Of a stretch of 32,000 nucleotides of DNA, positions 1-8,618 are shown in pieces. Under the pieces are notes generated by a model. That model ran no database searches. It saw only the letters and a program-made list of their open reading frames with translations, and was not told where the DNA came from. The DNA comes from an uncultured bacterium (GTDB taxonomy: Bacteria > Margulisbacteria > WOR-1 > CAVSGV01): the NCBI GenBank assembly GCA_963699255.1, contig OY969425.1, forward strand, positions 1,710,001 through 1,742,000, in the 5' to 3' direction. A program made the position numbers and the translations under genes. Every line of letters starts with the position of its first letter. Within the stretch, counting starts at the first letter, position 1.

Positions 1-2
1 TG

Positions 3-1148
3 ACGCCTTATTTTTATCCACATACCGGGGGGACAGAGAAATACGTTAAAGATCTTTCTATTCAGCTTGTAAAGAACGGCCATGATGTGACCGTGATCTC
101 CTGCAATGTTCCGAGAGCAAAAAAAGCAAAAAAGGAGGAGATCATTGACGGAGTGAAGATCAAAAGGCTTCCGGCGATCGATTTCCTTTATTATCTTCCC
201 ATCACTGTGTCTTTTAATCTCAAAATGCTTGAAGGGTATGATGTTGTTCATATCCATTGCCCGCCGCACAGTTTTATTAGGACCGTGGCTGGGAAGACAA
301 AGCTACCGGTCGTAGCCACTTTTCATTGTGACATAACGATAACGGACCAGTTCTTCGGCATTCCGATACCCCATTTCATCACCAATGGCTTCGAAGCTTT
401 AATGAATTGGTATGCTACTTTGTTCCTGCCGAAGGCTGAAGAGATCATATCCACATCCGAATCTTACGCATCCACGTCCCCCGTCATGAAGAACCTGCCG
501 AGGAACGTGATACCCATAGGTGTTTACCACGACAAGCTTGACGAATCCGTTAAGAAACAGGGCATTGACCCATTAAAGGAAAAAAAGAAACAGATATTGT
601 TCCTTGGGCGTCTTGCCGCGAATAAAGGGATCAGATATCTTGTTGCCGCTATGCCAAAGATCCTGGCGGCTCACCCGGATGCCAAACTCATCATCTGCGG
701 AGAAGGGGAGGAAAAGCCGTCCATTGTGAACCAGATCAAGAGCCTGGGACTTGAAGGGAACATCACATTTTACGGCACAGTGGACCTTGACACCCTCTCG
801 AGACTTTATACCACATCATCGGTATTTGTCCTGCCCTCTATAAACAGGCTGGAAGCTTTCGGGATAGTGCAGCTGGAGGCAATGGCTTGTTATACGCCTG
901 TCGTCGCTTCCGATATTCCTGGCGTTAACAGCGTAATGGACGTGGGAAAGAGCGGGCTCCTTGTGCCGAAGCAGAATCCCGATGCGATCGCTGAAGCGGT
1001 GATAAAGATATTAAGCAGCCCCGAACTGATGCAGCAAATGGGTGCAAGGGGAAGACAGCTGGTTGAAACGAAATACGACTGGCCGATAATATCAAAGGTG
1101 GTTGAGGCCGTTTATAAAAAAGCGATAGCGAAAAAGAAAGGGAAGTAG
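3..1148 (+). CDS. Glycosyltransferase family 4 (GT-B fold), 5'-truncated by the window edge
   Basis: The frame of ORF 87..1148 stays open back to nt 3 (TPYFYPHTGGTEKYVKDLSIQLVKNGHDV...), so the real start lies upstream of the window. The C-terminal half carries the GT4 signature (LPSINRLEAFGIVQLEAMACYTPVVASDIPG). Confidence 0.85.
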   Translation, partial: TPYFYPHTGGTEKYVKDLSIQLVKNGHDVTVISCNVPRAKKAKKEEIIDGVKIKRLPAIDFLYYLPITVSFNLKMLEGYDVVHIHCPPHSFIRTVAGKTKLPVVATFHCDITITDQFFGIPIPHFITNGFEALMNWYATLFLPKAEEIISTSESYASTSPVMKNLPRNVIPIGVYHDKLDESVKKQGIDPLKEKKKQILFLGRLAANKGIRYLVAAMPKILAAHPDAKLIICGEGEEKPSIVNQIKSLGLEGNITFYGTVDLDTLSRLYTTSSVFVLPSINRLEAFGIVQLEAMACYTPVVASDIPGVNSVMDVGKSGLLVPKQNPDAIAEAVIKILSSPELMQQMGARGRQLVETKYDWPIISKVVEAVYKKAIAKKKGK

Positions 1149-2134
1149 TGAAGGTATTAGTAACCGGCGGAGCGGGATACATTGGGTCAGTAACCACTCG
1201 CGAGCTTATAAACCAGGGTTACGAAGTCGTTGTTTTTGATAATCTCTCATACGGGCACAGGCAGGTGATCCCGAAACAGGCCAGGTTCGTAGAGGCGGAC
1301 CTTCTGGATAGACCCAGCATTTACTCCGCGCTTTCCAAAGAAAAAATAGAAGCCGTGGTCCACTTTGCGGGATTTATAGCCGTCGGAGAATCGGTCAAAG
1401 AACCGCTGAAGTACGTAAGAAATAACATTCTGGGCGGATATAACCTTCTTGACGCGATGAGGGAGCTAAAAATAAACAAAATTATTTTTTCTTCTTCCGC
1501 GGCAGTTTACGGCGATCCGGATAGCATCCCCATTAAAGAAGAGGACAGGCTTAAACCAACCAGCCCGTACGGCGAGACCAAGCTCATATTCGAGAAATTC
1601 CTCAGCTGGTGCGATGCAGCTTATGGCACACGCTCCATATGTTTGCGTTATTTCAATGCGGCCGGCGCTGACATTGAAAACGATCTCGGCGAGGACCACG
1701 ATCCGGAAACACATTTGATCCCTCTGGTCCTTAAGGTCGCCCTCGGCCAGCGGGAAAAGATCGATGTTTTCGGGACGGATTATGATACCTCCGATGGCAC
1801 GTGTGTCAGGGATTATGTCCACATTAAGGACCTGGCTGCTGCCCATGTGAAGGCGCTTAAGCGCTTGAACGAAGGCGGAGCCTCCTCTTTCTATAATGTG
1901 GGTTCTTCAAAAGGTTATTCAGTAAGAGAAGTGATCGACGCGTGCAGAAAAATAACCAGGAAGAACATAAAAGTAGTTGAGTCGCCGCGAAGGGCCGGGG
2001 ATCCTCCCAGACTTGTGGCGAGCAGTGAAAAAATAAAAAATGAATTAGGTTTCGCGTTCAAGCATAGCGATCTCGAGGATATTATTTCAGATGCATGGCA
2101 GTGGCATTCGAAGCACCCTAACGGGTACAAGTGA
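1148..2134 (+). CDS. galE: UDP-glucose 4-epimerase
   Basis: N-terminal Rossmann motif MKVLVTGGAGYIGS, a YGxxK-type SDR catalytic region (SPYGETKLIFE) and RYFNAAGA. At 328 aa it is typical of GalE. The GTG start overlaps the upstream stop by 1 nt. Confidence 0.92.
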   Translation: MKVLVTGGAGYIGSVTTRELINQGYEVVVFDNLSYGHRQVIPKQARFVEADLLDRPSIYSALSKEKIEAVVHFAGFIAVGESVKEPLKYVRNNILGGYNLLDAMRELKINKIIFSSSAAVYGDPDSIPIKEEDRLKPTSPYGETKLIFEKFLSWCDAAYGTRSICLRYFNAAGADIENDLGEDHDPETHLIPLVLKVALGQREKIDVFGTDYDTSDGTCVRDYVHIKDLAAAHVKALKRLNEGGASSFYNVGSSKGYSVREVIDACRKITRKNIKVVESPRRAGDPPRLVASSEKIKNELGFAFKHSDLEDIISDAWQWHSKHPNGYK

Positions 2135-3239
2135 CAAAGTGAAGAAGAAGATCCTATATTTATATTCTGATACCGGCGGCGGACACAGGGCCGCGGCGAA
2201 TTCCCTTATAGCTGCTGTTGAACAGCTGAAAGGCGGCGAGATAGAGCAGGAAGCCATAGATGTTTTCGCCCAGGGGAGCTCGTTCTTGAATATTTTCGCG
2301 AAGGCCTATGCTCCGGTTATCAGATATGCCCCTTGGCTCTGGCGTATGCTCTGGTTCTCATTGAACAGCGATAGAAGCCTGCGTGTCCTAGAAAAGATCG
2401 CTTCACCGTTCATATTGAATAAGATCGCAAAGATATTTAACGAGAAAATGCCTGATATTCTCGTATCCGTTCATCCTCTGGTGAATCACCTGTCAATTAA
2501 AGCTGCGAAAAAGATCGGGCGTAACGTGCCTTATGTTACCGTTGGGATGGACCCGGTCGATCTGCATAAATCCTGGATAAGCCCGGACACCGATGTTATG
2601 GTCGTGGCGACCGAGGAAGCAAAAAAGATCTGCATAGCGCAGGGACTTCCCGAAAGCAAGATAAAGGTCCTTGGCATTCCTATCGATCCCAGGTTTTCTA
2701 AAGACCAGGACAAGCAAAAATTGAGACAGGAAATGGGCCTGCATAAAGACCTGTTCACCGTTCTTGTGATGGGGGGCGGAGAGGGCGCGGGCAACATCAA
2801 CGACATAGTCTCCGAGCTGAACAAAAGCGCATTAGATATGCAGCTTATCGTAATATGCGGAAGGAACGAAGCCTTAAAAAGCAAGCTGACAGCAGCGACG
2901 CTGCGTTTCCCCGCAAAGATATTCGGGTTCACGAATGAAGTGCCTTCCATCATGTCCGCTTCGGATATTATCGTTACAAAAGGAGGTCCCGGAGCCATTT
3001 TCGAAGCCCTGGCAAAGGACCTGCCGATGATCATCACGAGCTGGCTGCCCGGGCAGGAAGAGGGGAATATCAGATATGTTCTTGCGCATAACATAGGGAA
3101 GGTCAGCAAGGACCCGAAAAAGATCGCGTCCCTGATCGAGGAAATAAGGACGGATGACCTGATAAAAGAAAATATAAGGAAATTCAAAAAGCCGCAAGCG
3201 GTATTTGATATAGCCAGATTAATACTGGATATGTTATGA
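2091..3239 (+). CDS. MGDG-synthase/UgtP-family diacylglycerol glycosyltransferase (GT28-like)
   Basis: KKILYLYSDTGGGHRAAANSL N-terminal motif and a C-terminal GT28 region (IVTKGGPGAIFEALAKDLPMII...GQEEGN). It is collinear with B. subtilis UgtP as I recall it. The start is uncertain: ATG 2091 has GAGGA 11 nt upstream and overlaps galE, while GTG 2139 would give MKKKILYLY. Confidence 0.8.
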   Translation: MHGSGIRSTLTGTSDKVKKKILYLYSDTGGGHRAAANSLIAAVEQLKGGEIEQEAIDVFAQGSSFLNIFAKAYAPVIRYAPWLWRMLWFSLNSDRSLRVLEKIASPFILNKIAKIFNEKMPDILVSVHPLVNHLSIKAAKKIGRNVPYVTVGMDPVDLHKSWISPDTDVMVVATEEAKKICIAQGLPESKIKVLGIPIDPRFSKDQDKQKLRQEMGLHKDLFTVLVMGGGEGAGNINDIVSELNKSALDMQLIVICGRNEALKSKLTAATLRFPAKIFGFTNEVPSIMSASDIIVTKGGPGAIFEALAKDLPMIITSWLPGQEEGNIRYVLAHNIGKVSKDPKKIASLIEEIRTDDLIKENIRKFKKPQAVFDIARLILDML

Positions 3240-4690
3240 AGAAATTCGCGATATTTATTGCCGTGTTCTTTTCCTTACTCTACCCGGTGTTCTGCCAGGA
3301 GATGCCAAGCGATGTTCCACCTGATCACTATGCTTATGATTCTATTGCCGATCTGGTGGATAGGGGCATAAATGTTTCTCAGGGATATCCCGACGGCACT
3401 TTTCGGGGGAACAAGAACACGAGCAGATATGAAAACGCGTATTTCATGGCTTCACTCGCTTTAAGTCTGCGCGATACCGCATCTGTTGAAGTGGACTTTT
3501 CAGATATTGGGGAGGAAATTTCATACCTCAGGAACGACATAATCAGCGTTCAGCAGGAACAGGGAGCCAAAGGCGCCATGGATTATTATGGGTCTGTGGA
3601 ACTGAAAAGCGAGTTTGGCAGCGTGTTCTCATATAACCAGGATCACAGGAATCCGTTAGGGCCTGAAACGAATTATCGCCTGCAATATACGATCGAAAAA
3701 GATATGGGCGATGATGCCAGCATTAAACTTAACCTGGACACGATGGATGGAGCTTTCAACTCGCCGACCCTGCGGACATTTGCCACAACACTCCTGGATT
3801 TTGAGGGGGATCTATCGGTGGATATCGGACTTGCCAATCCGGTGAACATAACGGCTATTTTTGGCCCCGGAAGTGTAGCGCACAGGGATACGAGCGGCGT
3901 GGCTCCAAGCGAAGATTACACGTATTATTCAAGACCCCATCCTTCTTTTATTGTGGGGACCGAAATGGGAGGCAATGATGTATCCGGCGCTTATGTTGCA
4001 AGAGGTGTTGCTAGTGACGGAAGTGTGGGAACGAGCGAGGTGTATTTCCGGGTCGGCAGAAAGATCGGAAAGTTCCCGCTGCTGGGGAGCGTTGAGGCCA
4101 TTAGCACCTCAAGGTATGTATTCGTTGACTTTATGGATCCGACAAGCTTGCCGAACGATTTCAAACAGGAGCTTTCGCTTCTTATGACGCAGAGTAAGGA
4201 ACTGTCGGAAAAGATACTTTTCGGGGCAGCATCTACCGATCATCCGAAAAGCCAATTCTATCTGAATTTTGAACTGTATCTCAAGAATCTTTATGATAGA
4301 GGTATAGATCTCAATTTCCTTTTCAATTCTGTGGGGATGGATTACCGGCTCCCGTTCGAGGCGCTTGAATTCACGCCTCTGAACCTGTTCAACAGAAAGA
4401 TACTTGACGGGACTGTGGATACCGGTCTTGAGGTAACGATTCCGCTTTCATCGGACCTGACGTTAAAAAGCAGATCCGAACTTGTTACCGATAACTTTGG
4501 AAAGATAGACAGGGATGTTCCCGGATCTTCCTATACTCAGGAACTATCGCTGGATTATCAGATAAGCAGCGATTTGGACCTTAATTCATTTTACAGATAT
4601 TATTTTGTGCCGAGTGAGATCGGCCAATTTTCTGTCGCGGTGCCGGAAATATCCGATCTTGTCGGACTTGGCCTGGTTTACAGATTTTAG
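3236..4690 (+). CDS. SLH-domain outer-membrane porin/tether (OmpM/Slp-like), paralog 1
   Basis: Signal peptide MKKFAIFIAVFFSLLYPVFC, then one SLH domain (DVPPDHYAYDSIADLVDRGINVSQGYPDGTFRGNKNTSRYENAYF). The C-terminal ~380 aa has alternating amphipathic beta-strand character and ends in the aromatic OMP beta-signal ...GLVYRF. The ATGA start overlaps the upstream stop. Confidence 0.8.
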   Translation: MKKFAIFIAVFFSLLYPVFCQEMPSDVPPDHYAYDSIADLVDRGINVSQGYPDGTFRGNKNTSRYENAYFMASLALSLRDTASVEVDFSDIGEEISYLRNDIISVQQEQGAKGAMDYYGSVELKSEFGSVFSYNQDHRNPLGPETNYRLQYTIEKDMGDDASIKLNLDTMDGAFNSPTLRTFATTLLDFEGDLSVDIGLANPVNITAIFGPGSVAHRDTSGVAPSEDYTYYSRPHPSFIVGTEMGGNDVSGAYVARGVASDGSVGTSEVYFRVGRKIGKFPLLGSVEAISTSRYVFVDFMDPTSLPNDFKQELSLLMTQSKELSEKILFGAASTDHPKSQFYLNFELYLKNLYDRGIDLNFLFNSVGMDYRLPFEALEFTPLNLFNRKILDGTVDTGLEVTIPLSSDLTLKSRSELVTDNFGKIDRDVPGSSYTQELSLDYQISSDLDLNSFYRYYFVPSEIGQFSVAVPEISDLVGLGLVYRF

Positions 4691-4736
4691 ACAAAAAAAG
4701 GCCCTGATGGTATACTAGGGCGGCAAGGAGCAGTGT

Positions 4737-6413
4737 ATGAGGAAGATCCTGTTTATTTTATTGATCGGTTTTTGCATGACCGGGTATAGTTTTGCCCTTG
4801 TAACCGCGGAAGCGGGAGTGTCATCCAAAGAAGCGGCGGGAACAAAGATGCCGCAGGTTTCAACTGAAGAGGCAATGGCAAAAACAGTGTCTAAAGAAAC
4901 GGCAGCGGTCATCGCTCCGCCTCCTTTAACTCAAGAGGCAACGCCGACGCGTGAAGTTGTGAAAGAGGTCAAGACGGAGGCCCAGACGGGGAAAATAAAA
5001 TTTAAAGATGTTCCCGACAACCACTGGGCCGCAAGTTCGGTTTACGATCTTGTGAACATGGGTGTGACACAGGGTTACCCGGATGGCACGTTCAGGGGGA
5101 GCAACAATATCACAAGATATGAGACCGCCATGTTCCTCTCTAAACTTGCCAATGCTATAGGCAAATCCGGAGACGAAGCCGAGATCAACATTGATAAAAT
5201 AAAAGACGATCTCAGGGCGGATATAAGGTCGCTGCGCGCCGATGTCGCGGAGCTTAAACGCATGCCGGAAGAGCAGCAAGAAAATCCGATATCCGGATCT
5301 TACTCTACAGAGATAATGTTCGGGAATTTAGTGGCGGGGAATACTTCCGTCGAAGGGCAGACCGCGCCTGCGGGGCCGATCGTCAGATACAGGCTGAAAA
5401 CGACGTTCTCAAATAATATAAGCGAAACGACGAAACTTAAAGTGAATATTGACACCATGGATTCGGGTTTTGGCGGAGGATCGAGCGATCTTTCGATGAA
5501 AATACTTGATGTGGAAGGCGACATGGATCTGGACATGGGGCTTGAAAACCCGTTGGAAGTTAAGGTAACAAGCGGGCCGGGGCCTGTTGTTCATACAGAG
5601 GAAGCGGATGCGAACGGCAATTACATAGCAAGAAGCGAGAACGGCGTCGTTTATGTGCGTCCCTGGAACAGCGTCATGTTCTCCTCAAAAATCTGGGGCA
5701 TGGATCTCGGGCTGGGATATATTGCCAGAAGGGTCAACACGTTCGGCGAGGTGGATGTTAATCAGATCAAAACGGTCATTGGCTATGTTTTCCCGGGGAT
5801 TTTCTTTGTTCCTTCATTCAAATTAGATACAAATATCGATTATCTATCCAGCCAGCCTCAGGCTAACCCTGCGGGACCGACCGACACGAAGTTCACATTC
5901 GACACCTCAAATATGATCTATCCGAAATTAAAAATGGGGATGATCTATAGTTTCGGACAGGGGGACGCTCCCAGCAATTCCATGGCTGGGATGCAATTTG
6001 ATCTGCTTGACATGTGGGATACAGGCACGACTCTTTCCTTAAAATACAGGAAAGTTGGCGCACAATATCTTCATGAGAACGACCAGCTGTCCGAGGACCT
6101 GTTCGCCGGACTGGATGTTTTCAACAGATATATCGGCGACGGGGCCGGGCTTGGGGTCGTGGATATTGGCAGCGAACTTGTCCAGGTCATTACGGAGAAC
6201 GTCAGGATCGTCGGCAGGACGGACTGGAGACTTGCCTCGGATAATTCTTACGGCAGCGACGACCCTCAGTGCTCGCTGGTTGTTGAGGGCGGAGTTTCCT
6301 GGAACATCGCGACAGATACTTTGCTTGATGTGTTGTACCGGGCGGAGAGCATTCCTTCGGCAGCTGACAAATCGACCGATCTGTTGCAGATCAGCTTATC
6401 TTATAAGTTCTAA
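4737..6413 (+). CDS. SLH-domain outer-membrane porin/tether (OmpM/Slp-like), paralog 2
   Basis: Signal peptide, a ~70-aa E/T/A/K-rich linker, then an SLH domain (FKDVPDNHWAASSVYDLVNMGVTQGYPDGTFRGSNNITRYETAMF). A short coiled coil follows (KIKDDLRADIRSLRADVAELK), then a beta-rich C-terminal region ending ...ISLSYKF. AAGGAG RBS upstream. Confidence 0.8.
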   Translation: MRKILFILLIGFCMTGYSFALVTAEAGVSSKEAAGTKMPQVSTEEAMAKTVSKETAAVIAPPPLTQEATPTREVVKEVKTEAQTGKIKFKDVPDNHWAASSVYDLVNMGVTQGYPDGTFRGSNNITRYETAMFLSKLANAIGKSGDEAEINIDKIKDDLRADIRSLRADVAELKRMPEEQQENPISGSYSTEIMFGNLVAGNTSVEGQTAPAGPIVRYRLKTTFSNNISETTKLKVNIDTMDSGFGGGSSDLSMKILDVEGDMDLDMGLENPLEVKVTSGPGPVVHTEEADANGNYIARSENGVVYVRPWNSVMFSSKIWGMDLGLGYIARRVNTFGEVDVNQIKTVIGYVFPGIFFVPSFKLDTNIDYLSSQPQANPAGPTDTKFTFDTSNMIYPKLKMGMIYSFGQGDAPSNSMAGMQFDLLDMWDTGTTLSLKYRKVGAQYLHENDQLSEDLFAGLDVFNRYIGDGAGLGVVDIGSELVQVITENVRIVGRTDWRLASDNSYGSDDPQCSLVVEGGVSWNIATDTLLDVLYRAESIPSAADKSTDLLQISLSYKF

Positions 6414-6415
6414 AC

Positions 6416-7180
6416 TTGGGATTAAACGACTTAAAGACAAAAATAGTCGGCAAAAGGATCCTGTTCGTAGAAGAGGTTGATTCCACAAATACGGAGGCGC
6501 GCCGACTTGCCCAACTCGGGGAAAAAGAGGGAACTGTTGTCATAGCCGCGTCCCAGGTAAAAGGGCATGGCAGGTTGGGCAGGCGCTGGATATCACCTCC
6601 CGGAGGCCTTTACATTTCGGTAATACTTAAACCATACATAAGTCCCTCCAGACTCCCGGTCATTACTCTTCTTTCCGCTGTTGCCGTTGTACGTACTATA
6701 AGAGGCCTGACAAAACTGGATACAGCAGTGAAGTGGCCCAATGACATAGTCATAATGGGGAAGAAGGTGGGAGGGATCCTTTGCGAAGCCTCGAAGAACA
6801 CAATAATAGTCGGGATCGGGATAAATCTTAACACTAGCCTCTTCCTTTTCCCGTCATCGCTTAAAAAACAGGTGACCTCGGTAAAATTCGAGCTTGGAGC
6901 GAGCATAGATAGGGATAAGGTAATAAAGATCCTTCTTGAGGAATTTGACAAGCTTTACAGGGATTTTCTTAACCATAAGCAGGAAGAGATAGTTTCCGAG
7001 TGGAGCAGCTTCTGCCAGACGTTCGGCAGCCGTGTTAAGATCGAAACCCCGAGAGGGATCGTAAGCGGCCTTGCGGAAAAAATAGGCGCAAGGGGAGAGT
7101 TGCGAGTTAGGGGAGATGATGGTAAAATAAAAAATGTATTTTCCGGAGACGTCATAAAGGTCAATTTAGAGCAGTTATGA
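6416..7180 (+). CDS. birA: Biotin--[acetyl-CoA-carboxylase] ligase, class I (no N-terminal HTH domain)
   Basis: VDSTNTEA and the biotin-binding loop QVKGHGRLGRRWISPPGGLYIS (GRGRxGRxW-type), followed by KWPNDI. At 254 aa there is no repressor domain. TTG start. Confidence 0.88.
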   Translation: MGLNDLKTKIVGKRILFVEEVDSTNTEARRLAQLGEKEGTVVIAASQVKGHGRLGRRWISPPGGLYISVILKPYISPSRLPVITLLSAVAVVRTIRGLTKLDTAVKWPNDIVIMGKKVGGILCEASKNTIIVGIGINLNTSLFLFPSSLKKQVTSVKFELGASIDRDKVIKILLEEFDKLYRDFLNHKQEEIVSEWSSFCQTFGSRVKIETPRGIVSGLAEKIGARGELRVRGDDGKIKNVFSGDVIKVNLEQL

Positions 7181-7539
7181 ACTACATCAGAGGAATAAGA
7201 GGCGCAATATCTGTTTCAAAGAACACCAAGGATGAGATAATCTCATCCACGATGATCCTTCTTCGCAAGATGGCCGGCTTAAATAAGATCAAAGTTGAAG
7301 ATATAGCGAGTATCATTTTTTCCGTTACAAAGGATCTGAACGCGGGATTTCCCGCGATGGCCGCAAGAAAGTTGGGATGGTCGGGGACCCCTCTTCTTTG
7401 CACCTATGAGGTGAATGTCCCGGGATCGCTTCCGAGATGCATAAGGGTCCTGATGCATGTGAATTCCGGCAAGACCCAATCTTCAATAAAAAATGTTTAC
7501 CTGAAAGACGCGAAAAAGCTAAGGCCGGATCTGAGGTAG
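7177..7539 (+). CDS. aroH: Chorismate mutase, AroH class
   Basis: MNYIRGIRGAISV...FPAMAARKL...CIRVLMHVN...VYLKDAKKLRPDL is collinear with B. subtilis AroH (IRGIRGATTV...CIRVMMTV...VYLEKVVVLRPDL). 120 aa. Confidence 0.9.
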   Translation: MNYIRGIRGAISVSKNTKDEIISSTMILLRKMAGLNKIKVEDIASIIFSVTKDLNAGFPAMAARKLGWSGTPLLCTYEVNVPGSLPRCIRVLMHVNSGKTQSSIKNVYLKDAKKLRPDLR

Positions 7540-7598
7540 TTGTCCGTTGTTGAGTGTGAGTTTTTTTCGGATCTAATTTTGTTGGAGGGTTATATTTT

Positions 7599-8618
7599 AT
7601 GATGATAATAATGAAATCCGATGCGACAGATGAACAGATAAATCGTGTGACCGATACTTTAAAAAAGATGAGCTTCGGCGTCCACGTGTCCCGGGGAGTG
7701 GAGCGGACCATTATCGGGGCCATAGGCGATAAACGAAATGTGACCATCGAAAACCTTCTCATATTGCCGGGAGTTGCCGATGTCGTGCCCATTAGAAAAC
7801 CGTTCAAGCTTGTATCAAGAGAATTCAAGAAAGAGGATACTATCGTTGATATAGGCGGCGGGGTTCGCATTGGCGCGACAGAGCCGATATGCGTCATTGC
7901 CGGTCCCTGCTCGGTTGAATCAAAGGATCAGATAATCGAGACAGCCCAAGCCGTAAAAAAGGCCGGGGCCAAGGCGTTGCGGGGCGGGGCTTTTAAACCA
8001 AGGACTTCACCGTATTCTTTCCAGGGATTGGGCGAAGAAGGATTGAAGTATCTTGCCGAAGCAAAAAAGAAGACCGGGCTTCCCGTGGTCACGGAAGTCA
8101 TGGATACGCGGGACGTCGAACTGGTTAAAAAGTACGCTGATGTTTTTCAGGTGGGTGCGAGGAACATGCAGAATTTCACGCTCTTAAAAGAGGTGGGAAA
8201 AGCAAGAAAACCGGTCCTGTTAAAAAGAGGCCCGGGCTCGACCATTGAAGAACTGCTTATGGCGGCGGAATATGTGATCTCCGAGGGCAATAAGAACATC
8301 ATTCTCTGCGAGAGAGGCGTCAAAACGCCCGAGACATACACGAGGAACACTCTCGATCTTAACGCTATTCCGGTAATAAAAAAACTGACACATCTTCCGG
8401 TCATCGTCGATCCAAGCCACGGTATCGGCTTGTGGGACCTCGTACCGGCAATGGCGAAAGCTTCTATCGCAGCGGGGGCGGACGGGCTCATAATTGAGGT
8501 ACACCCGAAGCCGGAAGAAGCCCTGTCTGACGGAGCCCAGTCCCTGAAACCGGATAACTTTGAGATCCTTATGAAGGACCTTAAGAAGATCGCGGAAGCT
8601 GTCGGAAGAACTATGTAA
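7599..8618 (+). CDS. aroF: 3-deoxy-7-phosphoheptulonate (DAHP) synthase, type I-beta, with an N-terminal ferredoxin/ACT-like regulatory domain
   Basis: The N-terminal ~65 aa ([13 protein letters not shown]...[12 protein letters not shown]) resemble the Thermotoga-type regulatory domain. A TIM-barrel core follows ([33 protein letters not shown]). GGAGGG RBS 9 nt upstream. Confidence 0.9.
   Translation: MMIIMKSDATDEQINRVTDTLKKMSFGVHVSRGVERTIIGAIGDKRNVTIENLLILPGVADVVPIRKPFKLVSREFKKEDTIVDIGGGVRIGATEPICVIAGPCSVESKDQIIETAQAVKKAGAKALRGGAFKPRTSPYSFQGLGEEGLKYLAEAKKKTGLPVVTEVMDTRDVELVKKYADVFQVGARNMQNFTLLKEVGKARKPVLLKRGPGSTIEELLMAAEYVISEGNKNIILCERGVKTPETYTRNTLDLNAIPVIKKLTHLPVIVDPSHGIGLWDLVPAMAKASIAAGADGLIIEVHPKPEEALSDGAQSLKPDNFEILMKDLKKIAEAVGRTM

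Noticed and set aside
6055-6480. 141-aa + strand ORF overlapping the end of porin paralog 2 and the start of birA
   Set aside because: It is an alternative frame of a well-supported gene, with an Arg/Ser-rich product and no independent start signals.
7325-7897. 190-aa minus-strand ORF spanning the aroH/aroF junction
   Set aside because: It lies antisense to two confidently identified, motif-bearing genes. The product is a low-complexity S/T/P-rich translation with no RBS or recognisable domain. It is a shadow ORF.
7177-8618. The aroH-DAHP synthase adjacency as a possible novel regulatory complex
   Set aside because: Chorismate mutase/DAHP synthase association (fused or adjacent) is well known in Firmicutes, Thermotoga and actinobacteria. 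Nothing unusual is visible in the sequence.
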